DNA of 64,000 nt from Bdellovibrionales bacterium (lineage in GTDB: Bacteria > Bdellovibrionota > Bdellovibrionia > Bdellovibrionales > CAYMLA01), in contig OZ244239.1 in the NCBI GenBank assembly GCA_965217115.1, positions 1,280,001 through 1,344,000 on the forward strand, read 5' to 3'. Below the pieces are notes generated by a model. It had not been told where the DNA came from and made no database searches. It saw only the letters and a list, made by a program, of their open reading frames with translations. Position 1 is the stretch's first letter. Every line of letters starts with the position of its first letter. Position numbers and translations under genes: made by a program. Below are positions 19,281-29,635 of the stretch, one piece after another.

Positions 19281-19593
19281 AGTTTTTACTGAGGTGGGTT
19301 TGAGCCACTACCTCTGCCTATCGGCATTGCTTTTTACGATGGGCCTACTTGGCGTCTTGTTACGAAAAAATATTCTGATTATTTTAATGTCCATTGAATT
19401 AATGTTAAACGCAGTGAACTTGTCTTTTGTGGCTTTTAGCCGCTATGGAGATAATATTGAGGGGCAAATAGTCGTCTTCTTTGTCATGACTATTGCGGCG
19501 GCGGAGGCCGCGGTGGGCTTAGCGATAGTGGTGTCTATCTTTAAGCGTTTTGGAGAAGTTAATATTCGTTTTTTTGAAAAACTAAAAGGATAG
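19267..19593 (+). CDS. nuoK: NADH-quinone oxidoreductase subunit K
   Basis: [23 protein letters not shown]. Confidence 0.96.
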   Translation: MPSLEVFTEVGLSHYLCLSALLFTMGLLGVLLRKNILIILMSIELMLNAVNLSFVAFSRYGDNIEGQIVVFFVMTIAAAEAAVGLAIVVSIFKRFGEVNIRFFEKLKG

Positions 19594-19598
19594 TTTTT

Positions 19599-21536
19599 AT
19601 GAGTTATGAGTTATTGATTGGGACTTTAATTTTATCTCCGTTTATTGGGTTTCTTATCAACGGAGTTGGTTTCCGTAAATTTAGCAATAAGTTTTCGGGA
19701 AGTATCGCCACAGTTGCGGTTGTGATTTCTTTTATATCTTCTCTGATGTTGGTTTCTGAACTTATTAGCTTGCCTGAGGAACAAAGAAGAATTGCCGTTG
19801 ATTTTTTCTCTTGGATGAAGCTGGGAAATCTCAACGTGAATTTTGGGTTTGTTGTTGATCAAATTAGCGCGATTATGATTTTAGTGATAACAGGTGTGGG
19901 CTCGTTAATTCATCTTTTTAGTATCGGGTATATGAGCCATGATGCCCGACCAGCGAAGTATTTTTCTTATTTAAACCTATTTCTCTTTAATATGCTTTTG
20001 CTTGTTCTTGGAAGTAATCTACTCGTTATGTTTGTTGGCTGGGAAGGGGTTGGGCTTTGCTCCTATCTTCTTATTGGCTTCTGGTTCACGGACAAGGAAA
20101 AAGCGACGGCGGGAATGAAGGCATTTATTACTAATCGTATTGGTGATGCCGCCTTTATTTTAGGAATGTTCTTCCTATTTATGACAGTAGGGAGCTTGAA
20201 CTTTGATGCCCTTAACGAATTTGGTTCTCGCGCAGTGATGGAGTCGGGGTGGACGGGACCTTTAACGTTGGCCAGTTTATTTTTGTTCATCGGGGCTACG
20301 GGTAAGTCTGCACAAATTCCCCTTTACGTCTGGCTGCCTGATGCTATGGCGGGTCCGACGCCAGTATCGGCTTTGATTCATGCGGCGACGATGGTTACGG
20401 CGGGGATTTATATGATTGTGCGTTTAAGTGGCATCTTTATTATGGCACCTAATGTGATGATGGTTATAGCTATTGTTGGTGCATTGACGGCTCTATTTGC
20501 CGCAACAATTGCAATAACACAAAATGATATTAAGAAGATTTTAGCTTATTCCACGATATCTCAACTAGGCTATATGTTTTTAGGTGTTGGTGTTGGGGCT
20601 TTCGGTGCGGCGATGTTTCACTTAATGACTCACGCTTTTTTTAAGGCATTGATGTTTTTGGGTTCAGGCAGTGTAATTCACGGAATGCATGAAGAACAGG
20701 ATATTCGTAAGATGGGTGGCCTTAGAAAATACATGCCTATAACCCATATTACATTTTTTATCGGCTGGATTGCGATCATAGGCTTGCCGCCATTAGCAGG
20801 CTTTTTTAGCAAAGATGAAATTCTGTGGTTGTCTTTTCACAGTCCGAGAGGGCATGAGATTTTGTGGTTTATTGGCCTTATCGCGGCGGGGTGCACGGCT
20901 TTTTATATGACTCGTTTAATGTGTTTAACTTTTTGGGGAAAGAGTCGAATCTCTTCGGATATCCACCCCCATGAGTCGGGAATTTCCATGACGATTCCTC
21001 TTGTTATATTAGCGCTGCTCTCTTTTGTTGGTGGGTGGATAGGAGTTCCACATGTTATTTCTGATGCTCTACCAGGGCATATTCCTAATATTTTTGAGCA
21101 TTGGCTACAACCAGCCATCGCTAAAATTCCTCATTTAGCTCCTGCAAACCACCTTAAGGAGTGGGCTCTTATGGGAATTTCAGTTTTATTAGTTGTAATC
21201 TGTTCTTCTTTAGCTTTAGAGATTTACCTTTTCTCTCCAGATAAGGCTGGGAAATTGAAAAAAAGAATGGGCCGTCTCTATGATTTTTCTTTGAATAAAT
21301 ATTGGATTGATGAACTGTATTCGAGTCGAATAATTCAACCTTTGATAAATATGAGCAAAAACCTCTGGTTTTATATTGATGTGCGGTTTATTGACCGTGG
21401 AACTTATTTTTTAGCAGATGTTGTGAAGGGAGCAGGGGCTGTTGTGCGATCATTTCAGTCTGGGAATGTACAATCTTATGCAATGTATATTGTTCTTGGA
21501 GTTGCTTTAGTTTTGACCTTTATCTTGATGAGGTAG
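19599..21536 (+). CDS. nuoL: NADH-quinone oxidoreductase subunit L
   Basis: GWEGVGLCSYLLIGFW, KSAQIPLYVWLPDAMAGPTPVSALIHAATMV, THAFFKA. Confidence 0.98.
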   Translation: MSYELLIGTLILSPFIGFLINGVGFRKFSNKFSGSIATVAVVISFISSLMLVSELISLPEEQRRIAVDFFSWMKLGNLNVNFGFVVDQISAIMILVITGVGSLIHLFSIGYMSHDARPAKYFSYLNLFLFNMLLLVLGSNLLVMFVGWEGVGLCSYLLIGFWFTDKEKATAGMKAFITNRIGDAAFILGMFFLFMTVGSLNFDALNEFGSRAVMESGWTGPLTLASLFLFIGATGKSAQIPLYVWLPDAMAGPTPVSALIHAATMVTAGIYMIVRLSGIFIMAPNVMMVIAIVGALTALFAATIAITQNDIKKILAYSTISQLGYMFLGVGVGAFGAAMFHLMTHAFFKALMFLGSGSVIHGMHEEQDIRKMGGLRKYMPITHITFFIGWIAIIGLPPLAGFFSKDEILWLSFHSPRGHEILWFIGLIAAGCTAFYMTRLMCLTFWGKSRISSDIHPHESGISMTIPLVILALLSFVGGWIGVPHVISDALPGHIPNIFEHWLQPAIAKIPHLAPANHLKEWALMGISVLLVVICSSLALEIYLFSPDKAGKLKKRMGRLYDFSLNKYWIDELYSSRIIQPLINMSKNLWFYIDVRFIDRGTYFLADVVKGAGAVVRSFQSGNVQSYAMYIVLGVALVLTFILMR

Positions 21537-21537
21537 T

Positions 21538-23076
21538 TTGATGTTATTAAGTGCGATTGTTTTTTGTCCACTTGTCTATGCTGTTTTTCTTATGCTGTTG
21601 CCTGGCCATCGCATAGTGCGTCCAATTGCTCTTCTTTTTAGCTTAGTTGAGTTTGCTTTGAGTTTGTTGTTGCTGAGTTATTTTGATCCAAATTCGGCAC
21701 AATTGCAGCTTGTTGAAAAATATACTTGGATCGAGAGGTTTGGGATCAATTATTTTTTTGGAATTGATGGAATATCATTTTGGCTAGTTCTTTTAACAAC
21801 ATTCATGTTGCCGATTATTGTTTTAGCAAGTTGGAAATCTATTGATAAAAGGGTTAAGGGGTTTTACGCAATGATGTTTGTTTTACAGACAGCTATGCTA
21901 GGGACCTTTTTAGCTCTTGACGGAATTTTCTTTTATTGCTTTTGGGAGCTGTCCCTTGTTCCTATGTATTTCATTGTGGGTATATGGGGGGGGCCGAAGC
22001 GGATATATGCTACGGTGAAATTTTTTATATTTACCATGTCAGGCTCCGTGTTGATGTTGATTGCAATGATTTACATGATGTTTTTAAACATGGAAACAAC
22101 AGGAGTTATGAGCGCTAATTTGATTGATTGGTATCAGCTAAAGATACCGTTTGTTTCGGTGGCATTTTTAAGTCCTCAGACGCTTATGTTTTTTGCCTTT
22201 GCACTGGCTTTTTCCATTAAAATTCCAGCATTTCCCCTGCACACATGGTTACCTGATGCTCACACGGAAGCCCCGACTCCAGGATCGGTTATTTTAGCGG
22301 CAGTGATGTTAAAAATGGGTGGTTATGGTTTGATGAGATTCACCATTCCGTTATTTCCCCAGGCTGCGGAGCAGTGGGCGTGGCTGTTTCTTCTTTTAGG
22401 GGCGATTGGTATTATTTATGGAGCACTTGTAGCGATGGTGCAGACGGATATAAAAAAACTAGTGGCCTATTCGTCTGTTTCTCACATGGGTTACGTAATG
22501 ATGGGTCTTTTTGCGATGAATGTGTATGGCATGACAGGTGGTCTTTATCAGATGCTTTGCCACGGAATCAGTACAGGGGCATTGTTTCTTTTGGTGGGAA
22601 TGATTTATGAAAGAACTCATTCACGGGAAATTAAAAAATACGGAGGCTTGGCTTTGGCGATGCCCATTTATACGATCTTCTTTTTTATAATAACTCTTTC
22701 GAGTATTGCGGTGCCGTTGACGAATGGATTTATCGGTGAATTTATGATTTTACTAGGAGTTTTTCAGGTTCATCCTGGTTATGCGATGGCAGCAGTTCTA
22801 GGAGTGGTTCTGGGAGCGGCTTATATGCTTTGGATGTTTAAAAGAGTCTTTTTTGGTTTGCCTGGTGAATTGGTTAAGGGAGACAGAGAGGGCGTGTTTA
22901 GTTCTTTATTAAAAGACATTGGGGCGCGAGAAGTTAGCGTGCTTGTTCCATTGGTAATTTTGGTTTTTGCTATGGGAATCTTTCCAAATTATTTTCTCGA
23001 CTGGAGTAAAAAGAGCTTAGATCATTTATTAAAAAACAAAAAGACCTATAGTTTAGTTATAGAGGGTAAACGATGA
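21538..23076 (+). CDS. nuoM: NADH-quinone oxidoreductase subunit M
   Basis: FPLHTWLPDAHTEAPT, LLKMG-like MLKMGGYG, AYSSVSHMG. Confidence 0.97.
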   Translation: MMLLSAIVFCPLVYAVFLMLLPGHRIVRPIALLFSLVEFALSLLLLSYFDPNSAQLQLVEKYTWIERFGINYFFGIDGISFWLVLLTTFMLPIIVLASWKSIDKRVKGFYAMMFVLQTAMLGTFLALDGIFFYCFWELSLVPMYFIVGIWGGPKRIYATVKFFIFTMSGSVLMLIAMIYMMFLNMETTGVMSANLIDWYQLKIPFVSVAFLSPQTLMFFAFALAFSIKIPAFPLHTWLPDAHTEAPTPGSVILAAVMLKMGGYGLMRFTIPLFPQAAEQWAWLFLLLGAIGIIYGALVAMVQTDIKKLVAYSSVSHMGYVMMGLFAMNVYGMTGGLYQMLCHGISTGALFLLVGMIYERTHSREIKKYGGLALAMPIYTIFFFIITLSSIAVPLTNGFIGEFMILLGVFQVHPGYAMAAVLGVVLGAAYMLWMFKRVFFGLPGELVKGDREGVFSSLLKDIGAREVSVLVPLVILVFAMGIFPNYFLDWSKKSLDHLLKNKKTYSLVIEGKR

Positions 23077-24551
23077 AAATCGATTTTGGTTTGCAGGATA
23101 TTTTATTGGTTTCGCCTATTTTGGCTTTACTTGTGACGAGTATGATTCCTCTTACGATTAAAGTTCTTAGGGGAAATAGAGAGCAGGAATCATCGGCGAC
23201 ACTGTTTCAATCTTTGGTGGGAATTGCCGTGGCGATTATTCTCTCGGTGGTTTTTTCAGGTACAGGAAAAACTGTTTTTTCAAGGGCACTTATTTTTGAT
23301 GGGATATCGATGTGGATGTCAGTGATGACGTTGCTTATTACGGCGGGAAGCTTGTTTTTAGCCCATGAAAATGTGGCAACCCGTGGCAGACAGTTTTCGG
23401 AGCTTGTGTTTCTTATTTTGGGTTCCACTATTGGTATGCTGATAATGATTTGGTCGAATGATCTTTTGACCTTATTTATTGGTTTAGAAACGATGTCCTT
23501 GCCTCTGTATCTTATTATTGGCATGAGCCATGAAGAAAAGCTGTCAAAAGAGGCGTCTTTAAAATATTTTATTTTAGGAAGTTTTGCCTCGGCTGTTTTT
23601 CTCTATGGCGTAGCGATGATTTTTGGTGTGGTGGGCAGCACTTATTTTTCTGAAATAGCAAAAGTGGCTGAAGAGTTTTCTTCAGTGAATCGCTTGTTTT
23701 TGTTTGGTCTGACTTTACTGAGTTTGGGGTTTTGTTTTAAGGTGTCTATTTTTCCTTTTCACGCTTGGACGCCTGATGTTTACCAGGGATCGGCAACCCC
23801 GATAACCTCTTATATGGCTACGGCGGTCAAAGCCGTTTCATTCATAGCATTTTTGCGTATAGCGCTCATGCAGGGCTTTCTTGGATCTGAGGAACTTTTT
23901 GATACTTTGCAGTGGTTGGCTGTGTTGACGATGATTGTTGGGAATGTGGCGGCTATTTTACAGGATAATTTTAAAAGAATGTTGGCTTATTCGAGCGTGG
24001 CCCATTCGGGTTATGCATTGGTGGGAATTATAGCAGCAGGGGTTGGTGGCGACGCTGGGCTGGGGGCATCGGGACTGATTTTCTATATGTTTTCCTACAG
24101 TATAATGACCTTGGGAGCTTTTGCGATTGTTTGTTTGTTTGAAAAAAACGAAAATGATTCGTTGAGTGTAACAGATTTTAAGGGTTTTTCTTCAAAGCAC
24201 CCTTGGTATGCCTTGGCTTTGACTGTGATTATGTTGAGTTTGGCTGGCATTCCACCAACAGTTGGTTTTTTTGGTAAGTTCTATCTTTTCACTGCAGCTA
24301 TTGGAGAGGGGCTTCTTTGGTTAGCGCTATGGGGTGTTATTGGTTCAGTGATAAGTGTTTATTATTATTTACGACCTGTGGTCTTAATGTATATGAGTGA
24401 TGGAGCTGAGGAACAGCCGATTATTGAGCTAAGAAAGGGGCTGAATGGTACGAAGCTTGTTGTGTGGATCACTGTTCTTCTTGTGATTTTAATTGGCCTT
24501 ATGTCGTCGCCTTTTTATTACATGGTAGAGTCCTCTGTGCGTAATATTTAG
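23073..24551 (+). CDS. nuoN: NADH-quinone oxidoreductase subunit N
   Basis: EASLKYFILG, PFHAWTPDVYQG, KRMLAYSSVAHSGY, SLAGIPPTVGFFGK. Confidence 0.97.
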   Translation: MKIDFGLQDILLVSPILALLVTSMIPLTIKVLRGNREQESSATLFQSLVGIAVAIILSVVFSGTGKTVFSRALIFDGISMWMSVMTLLITAGSLFLAHENVATRGRQFSELVFLILGSTIGMLIMIWSNDLLTLFIGLETMSLPLYLIIGMSHEEKLSKEASLKYFILGSFASAVFLYGVAMIFGVVGSTYFSEIAKVAEEFSSVNRLFLFGLTLLSLGFCFKVSIFPFHAWTPDVYQGSATPITSYMATAVKAVSFIAFLRIALMQGFLGSEELFDTLQWLAVLTMIVGNVAAILQDNFKRMLAYSSVAHSGYALVGIIAAGVGGDAGLGASGLIFYMFSYSIMTLGAFAIVCLFEKNENDSLSVTDFKGFSSKHPWYALALTVIMLSLAGIPPTVGFFGKFYLFTAAIGEGLLWLALWGVIGSVISVYYYLRPVVLMYMSDGAEEQPIIELRKGLNGTKLVVWITVLLVILIGLMSSPFYYMVESSVRNI

Positions 24552-24580
24552 TTTTTCATTAAAATTTTTCAGATAAGTTA

Positions 24581-25792
24581 TTACAGATCATGCTTGCGAA
24601 GAACCGTCAAAGCTGAGCGAAATCCTGTGCGGACGATGCGTTTTAAAATTTCTGGGTTTAGGCTGAAATGATCAACAAAGAACATCTCATAATCCTGTGG
24701 GTCAGGCTTGATATAAAGATAGTCGACATTTGAACGATAGTTAACTCTCTCTGAAATAATCTCAAGTAATTTTTCTCGATGTTCAGAGGGGAGATCCACT
24801 TGTTTTAAATAGCCATTGATAGCGTTGTAAATGTGACGAATATCATCCTGTCTCTCGATGTGCTTTTGGATTTTTTGTTCGATAACTTGGTAGAGAGCTT
24901 GATTCAAAATAATGGGTATTCCGTATTCGTGTAGGCTCCCCATAGTGTCATTATAATGGTATGGCTGAACAGAATAGCTAGAGATAATTAAATCGGCACC
25001 ATGGTCGGCAGCAACATGGGCAGACAGGGTTTCGCGAATTTCTCCATCAAAAAAGAAAATCTCTTCTCCGCTTTTGTTTTTAATTCCGTAGGGAGCAAAA
25101 ACTGGAGGAAGGCTACCTGAGGCGGCAACAGCCTCACTAATAGTGGCATAGTCAGCATATTCGGTTGTAGGGTCCTTTGTGGTTTGCCCATGATTGCTAA
25201 AAATAACCTTACAACTGTGGTTAAGCTGAGTAGCCACAATAAAGAGTTCAGCATCTAAAGCACTGAAATTATTGTTTAAAAAAACATGTTCGCGCAAGTA
25301 CTTCTCAATTCCATGGGCAGTAAAGAGTCCGTTGAGCTTGAAGCCGTTTTTTATAAGGGCCTCCAGTCCTCCGCTGACGAGGGACTTGCTGAACAGTGAT
25401 TTTGGTAAAAAGCGCAGAAAGTTTTTGCTGTTAATAGAAAAAATATCTTTGTAACCGAGGGGTTTGAGTCGCCCGTCTCCCCTTGGTTTGGAAGTGTCTT
25501 TTTTTCCAATGCCGATTTCGAAAGCATGAACAAGTGATTCAACACTGTATCCAGAGGCGAGAATAGAGCTAACAACGGCGCCAGCACTTGAGCCGACATA
25601 AGTGCGAATAAGCCTGGGGTCATCGGTCTCTTCGTGGTTGGTTGTGCTGTCTTCGGAGGGATGGTTACTACCACCAGCAAAGCGAAAACCCCTTTCCTGG
25701 AGGGCAAGACAAACGCCAATATGAAAAGCTGCCGCTTTAATTCCCCCGCCACTTAAGACAAGAGCTACTTTTTTTTTGTTGTTGAGCTTCAT
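24581..25792 (-). CDS. Patatin-like phospholipase
   Basis: LVLSGGGIKA, GSSAG nucleophile elbow, FFDGE (variant of DGG); start set at MKLNNKK. Confidence 0.9.
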   Translation of the reverse strand: MKLNNKKKVALVLSGGGIKAAAFHIGVCLALQERGFRFAGGSNHPSEDSTTNHEETDDPRLIRTYVGSSAGAVVSSILASGYSVESLVHAFEIGIGKKDTSKPRGDGRLKPLGYKDIFSINSKNFLRFLPKSLFSKSLVSGGLEALIKNGFKLNGLFTAHGIEKYLREHVFLNNNFSALDAELFIVATQLNHSCKVIFSNHGQTTKDPTTEYADYATISEAVAASGSLPPVFAPYGIKNKSGEEIFFFDGEIRETLSAHVAADHGADLIISSYSVQPYHYNDTMGSLHEYGIPIILNQALYQVIEQKIQKHIERQDDIRHIYNAINGYLKQVDLPSEHREKLLEIISERVNYRSNVDYLYIKPDPQDYEMFFVDHFSLNPEILKRIVRTGFRSALTVLRKHDL

Positions 25793-26116
25793 GTTTTGAT
25801 TATCTCTCAAATCAGATAAGAGGCCAATAGGCATTGGTGTTATTTGTAGAGAACTAGATAATAAGCCAACAAGCCCTGGTATTATTTGCAGAGAACGGGA
25901 CAATAATGAAACTATTAGGGCGTTAAAAAAAACAGATTAACCAATGAATACTCATAAAACCCTTAGAGATGATTTGAGGAAAAGGTTTTAACGCATGGTC
26001 ACGAAGTTACTAGACGTAGGTCTAAATGTGGTTTTGTGTCTTTAGGACCTATTTATTTGGGCTTGCCAAGCACCTGGACTATGGTAAGGTTGGATAGTCG
26101 GCAAGGAGAGGGCATC

Positions 26117-26575
26117 GTGAATTCGGCAACTTGGTTATCACTCACTGATTATTCAACTAAATACAGAGTTAGTGTGTCGACGTTACGCCGTAGGATTAAA
26201 TCCAATGATGTCCCCTTTGAGTTTAGAGATGGAAAGTACCTCTTGAAAGACAAGGCGCAGTCCCTTCACCGTTGGCATCGTCCCTCCCTGGATATATGTG
26301 ATGAAGAGATTGTCGCTAAACACCGCCCCTCCCTGGAGCAAAACAAAAAAGAAGAGAGCGCGCCAGCCGTTCTTGAAACAGCAAATAGGATGATTAATGA
26401 GTTAAAATCAGCCTATGATTTAGCTCTCAAAGAAAAACAAGAGCAGATATTATCGTTAAAAGGAGAGCTGGTTGGTTTGCGAACTCTTGTTAGCGTGTTG
26501 GAGTCAGAGAATGGAAAATTAAAAAAGGCGAAGTTAGAGTCGGCTTTTTCATTACCCCATCATAGTCTTAAATAA
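26117..26575 (+). CDS. Hypothetical protein with HTH-like N-terminus and coiled-coil C-terminus
   Basis: WLSLTDYSTKYRVSVSTLRRRIK resembles an HTH; heptad region LKEKQEQILSLKGEL; RBS ggagag. Confidence 0.65.
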   Translation: MNSATWLSLTDYSTKYRVSVSTLRRRIKSNDVPFEFRDGKYLLKDKAQSLHRWHRPSLDICDEEIVAKHRPSLEQNKKEESAPAVLETANRMINELKSAYDLALKEKQEQILSLKGELVGLRTLVSVLESENGKLKKAKLESAFSLPHHSLK

Positions 26576-26582
26576 AAGCTTT

Positions 26583-28979
26583 TTAAGCAGCAGCTTGCTT
26601 GCTTGCACCTTTCTTCTTTTCTCGAATTGTTTTTGTGGCTTTTTCTTTGATAAGAACGATGGATAGAACTTCATCTAGGTTTTCAACAAAGATAAAATTA
26701 ATTTTTTCTTTAAACTCTTTAGGAATGTCAGAGATATCTTTTTTACAAGACATTGGAATAATGACATCTTTAATTCCTTGATTCAAAGCAGCCAAAGCTT
26801 TTTCTCGAACGCCTCCGACAGGAAGAACTCTCCCCGAGAGAGTGAGCTCACCCGTCATGGCAATATCATGACGAATAGGGGTGTTAGTCATTAAACTGAT
26901 TAAAGTTGCCGCCAATGTAATTCCAGCTGAAGGCCCGTCTTTAGGAATAGCTCCCGCAGGAAGATGAACATGGATTTCATATTTATTAAAAAAACTTTCA
27001 TCAATACCCAGTTCTTCATGATGGGCACGAGCATAGGACATAGCTGCTTGGGCAGATTCTTTCATCACATCACCGAGTTGCCCTGTTAGTTTGAGGCCAC
27101 CTTTGCCCTTCATCTTTAAAGCTTCGATAAAAAGAGTTTCTCCTCCAGCTTGAGTCCATGCAAGACCAGTGGCAACACCGACTTGGGATTCTTTGAGGCG
27201 CTCTTCTCTAGTAAACTTAGCAGCACCAAGAAGTTCTGAAACTTTTTTTGCATTTAGAATAATCTTTTCTTTGTGTCCAGTGACAACATATTTTGCAACC
27301 TTACGACATATTGATCCAACTTCTCGTTCAAGGTTTCTTAATCCAGCTTCACGGGTGTAGCCAGAAATAAGAGTTTTTATTCCTTCATCAGTGAATTCAA
27401 TTTGATCATGATTAAGACCATTATTCTCAATTTGTCGATCAATGAGATGTTTTTTAGTAATAAGCAATTTATCATTTTCTGTGTACCCAGAAAGATAAAT
27501 AATTTCCATTCTATCTCTTAGCGCTGGAGGAATATTTTCCAGAACATTGGACGTTGCCACAAAGAGACATTTACTTAAGTCAAAATCTACATTGAGGTAG
27601 TTATCTCTAAATGTTGAATTTTGAGCTGGGTCTAGAACTTCTAGCATAGCAGAACTAGGATCTCCACGGAAATCACTTCCCAATTTATCAATTTCATCTA
27701 GAACAATAACAGGGTTATTTGTTTTAACTTGTTTTAGGGCTTGAATAATTTTTCCTGGCATAGCTCCGACATAGGTGCGTCTGTGTCCACGGATTTCGGC
27801 CTCATCTTTAACTCCACCAAGAGCGATACGAAAATACTCTCGCCCCATCGCTTTAGCTATGCTTTTGCCGAGAGATGTTTTTCCAACCCCTGGAGGGCCT
27901 GAAAAACAAAGAATAGGCCCTTTCATATCTGCTTTAAGACTACGGACAGCAAGAAATTCTAAAATACGATCTTTTATTTTGTGTAAATCATAGTGATCTT
28001 CGTCGAGGACGATTTTAGCATGGGTGAGATCCAGATTATCTTCACTTGATTTATTCCAAGGAAGATCTGCGAGTGAATCTAAATAAGAGCGAATCATAGA
28101 GGCTTCACTTGCATCAGGGTGCATTTTCTCTAGACGAGCAAGCTGTTTTAGAGCTTCTTCTTCAACTTCTGAAGGCATCTTTGCCATCTCAATTTTTTTA
28201 TAAACCTCTTCGATCTCTTCAGAACGGGAGTCTCCATCACCAAGCTCACTTTTAATCGCCTTCATTTGTTCTCGAAGAAAATGCTCTCTTTGTGAACGGC
28301 TCATTTCATCTTTTGCTGTTGAACGAATCTGTTGTTGCATTTGTAAAATTTCTAGTTCTTTAGTTAATATTTGATTAACAAGATCTAGGCGTTCTTTGTG
28401 ATCTTGAGTTTCAAGAACCTTTTGTGCGCTTTCAACACTTAGCCCTAAGTTACTGGCAATAAGATCAGCGAGACGACCTGGGCTTTCTACATCATCGAGA
28501 ACCAGTAGAATGTCGGGTGAGAGCATTTTTCCAAGAGAAATAATTTTTTCAATTTGTTCTTTTGCATGACGGATCATAGCTTCACATTCTAAGAAAAGAG
28601 AATCTTTCTTTGGCTCATCAATTTTATCTATACTAACTTCAAAAAATGGAGAGAGCTGTTTAAAATCTTTAATAGTGCCTTTACCAACACCTTGGATGAG
28701 TATTTTAACTCGCCCGTCAGAGAGTTTACGCATGCGCATAATCATGGCGATTGTTCCGGTGGTATAAATAGAGTCACGGGAGGGACTTTCTTCTGTTATG
28801 TCTCTCTGAGAAGAGAGAAAAATAAAACGATTTTTTGTCAGAGCTTCTTCAACGGCACTAATAGAGCTTTCTCGTCCAACAAAGAGAGGAAGTATCATGT
28901 AGGGAAAGACAACAATATCCCTTACAGGCAACAGTGGTAATGTTTCAGGGACCTCTAAGGTCTTATCATCAAAACTCAT
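26583..28979 (-). CDS. lon: Lon ATP-dependent protease
   Basis: LPVRD, GPPGVGKTS, LDEIDK, PKDGPSAG catalytic Ser. Confidence 0.99.
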   Translation of the reverse strand: MSFDDKTLEVPETLPLLPVRDIVVFPYMILPLFVGRESSISAVEEALTKNRFIFLSSQRDITEESPSRDSIYTTGTIAMIMRMRKLSDGRVKILIQGVGKGTIKDFKQLSPFFEVSIDKIDEPKKDSLFLECEAMIRHAKEQIEKIISLGKMLSPDILLVLDDVESPGRLADLIASNLGLSVESAQKVLETQDHKERLDLVNQILTKELEILQMQQQIRSTAKDEMSRSQREHFLREQMKAIKSELGDGDSRSEEIEEVYKKIEMAKMPSEVEEEALKQLARLEKMHPDASEASMIRSYLDSLADLPWNKSSEDNLDLTHAKIVLDEDHYDLHKIKDRILEFLAVRSLKADMKGPILCFSGPPGVGKTSLGKSIAKAMGREYFRIALGGVKDEAEIRGHRRTYVGAMPGKIIQALKQVKTNNPVIVLDEIDKLGSDFRGDPSSAMLEVLDPAQNSTFRDNYLNVDFDLSKCLFVATSNVLENIPPALRDRMEIIYLSGYTENDKLLITKKHLIDRQIENNGLNHDQIEFTDEGIKTLISGYTREAGLRNLEREVGSICRKVAKYVVTGHKEKIILNAKKVSELLGAAKFTREERLKESQVGVATGLAWTQAGGETLFIEALKMKGKGGLKLTGQLGDVMKESAQAAMSYARAHHEELGIDESFFNKYEIHVHLPAGAIPKDGPSAGITLAATLISLMTNTPIRHDIAMTGELTLSGRVLPVGGVREKALAALNQGIKDVIIPMSCKKDISDIPKEFKEKINFIFVENLDEVLSIVLIKEKATKTIREKKKGASKQAAA

Positions 28980-29100
28980 CTCTCTCCTCCATAATTTCTA
29001 AAACAATGGCATTTCTGATAGTAAGAGTTTTTTCGGCTAGAAAAAGGCGGGCCTTTAAGAAAAAGAGAGCATCAAAGGTCTGGAATTTATAATTATTGCT

Positions 29101-29135
29101 AAAACACCCTACAACAGTTGGTAGTAGGGTGTTTT
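29101..29135. terminator. Intrinsic terminator-like hairpin downstream of dksA
   Basis: aaaacaccctac (29101-29112) and gtagggtgtttt (29124-29135) form a perfect 12-bp inverted repeat. Confidence 0.75.
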
Positions 29136-29193
29136 GGTGGGGAGAAAGGTAAAACGTTAGTCCTGTTGGAAAGAGAGTTTCCTACTATTTTAT

Positions 29194-29559
29194 TTATAGA
29201 GACCTGTATCTTTTTAGAAAAGATTCTCGAATTTCAGCACCTTCAATACTTAGGCGAGTCCATGGAATAATAAGAAGACGCTCTTCCTCAATAGGATCAT
29301 TTGTTTCATCACAAGAGCCAAAAGCCCCCTGTTCTATTCTACCTAATGCTGCCTCTATCTCTACAAGCGTTGCTCTATATTTGTTTTGTATGGAGAGAGA
29401 TCTATTTTCTGCTGAAATACCAAGAGATTGGTCTATTTCATCACCACCGTTATCACGGGAGAGGAGTTCTGTTTTTAAATTAGAGAGAATCTCTAAAAGG
29501 TCTTGTTTTTTAGAGAGAAGTTTTTTTTTACACTCTGTAATGAGTTCTTTTTTTAACAT
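29194..29559 (-). CDS. dksA: DksA/TraR family transcription factor (single-Cys type)
   Basis: GDEIDQS coiled-coil tip, IEAALGRIEQGAFGSCDETNDPIEEERL..PWTRLS. Confidence 0.85.
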   Translation of the reverse strand: MLKKELITECKKKLLSKKQDLLEILSNLKTELLSRDNGGDEIDQSLGISAENRSLSIQNKYRATLVEIEAALGRIEQGAFGSCDETNDPIEEERLLIIPWTRLSIEGAEIRESFLKRYRSL

Positions 29560-29635
29560 TGAGGTCTCCTTTTTAAAACTTTTGGCTAAAATTATGGCCA
29601 TTTTAAAAAGAAGACACAGGGGGAATAGAAAGGGG

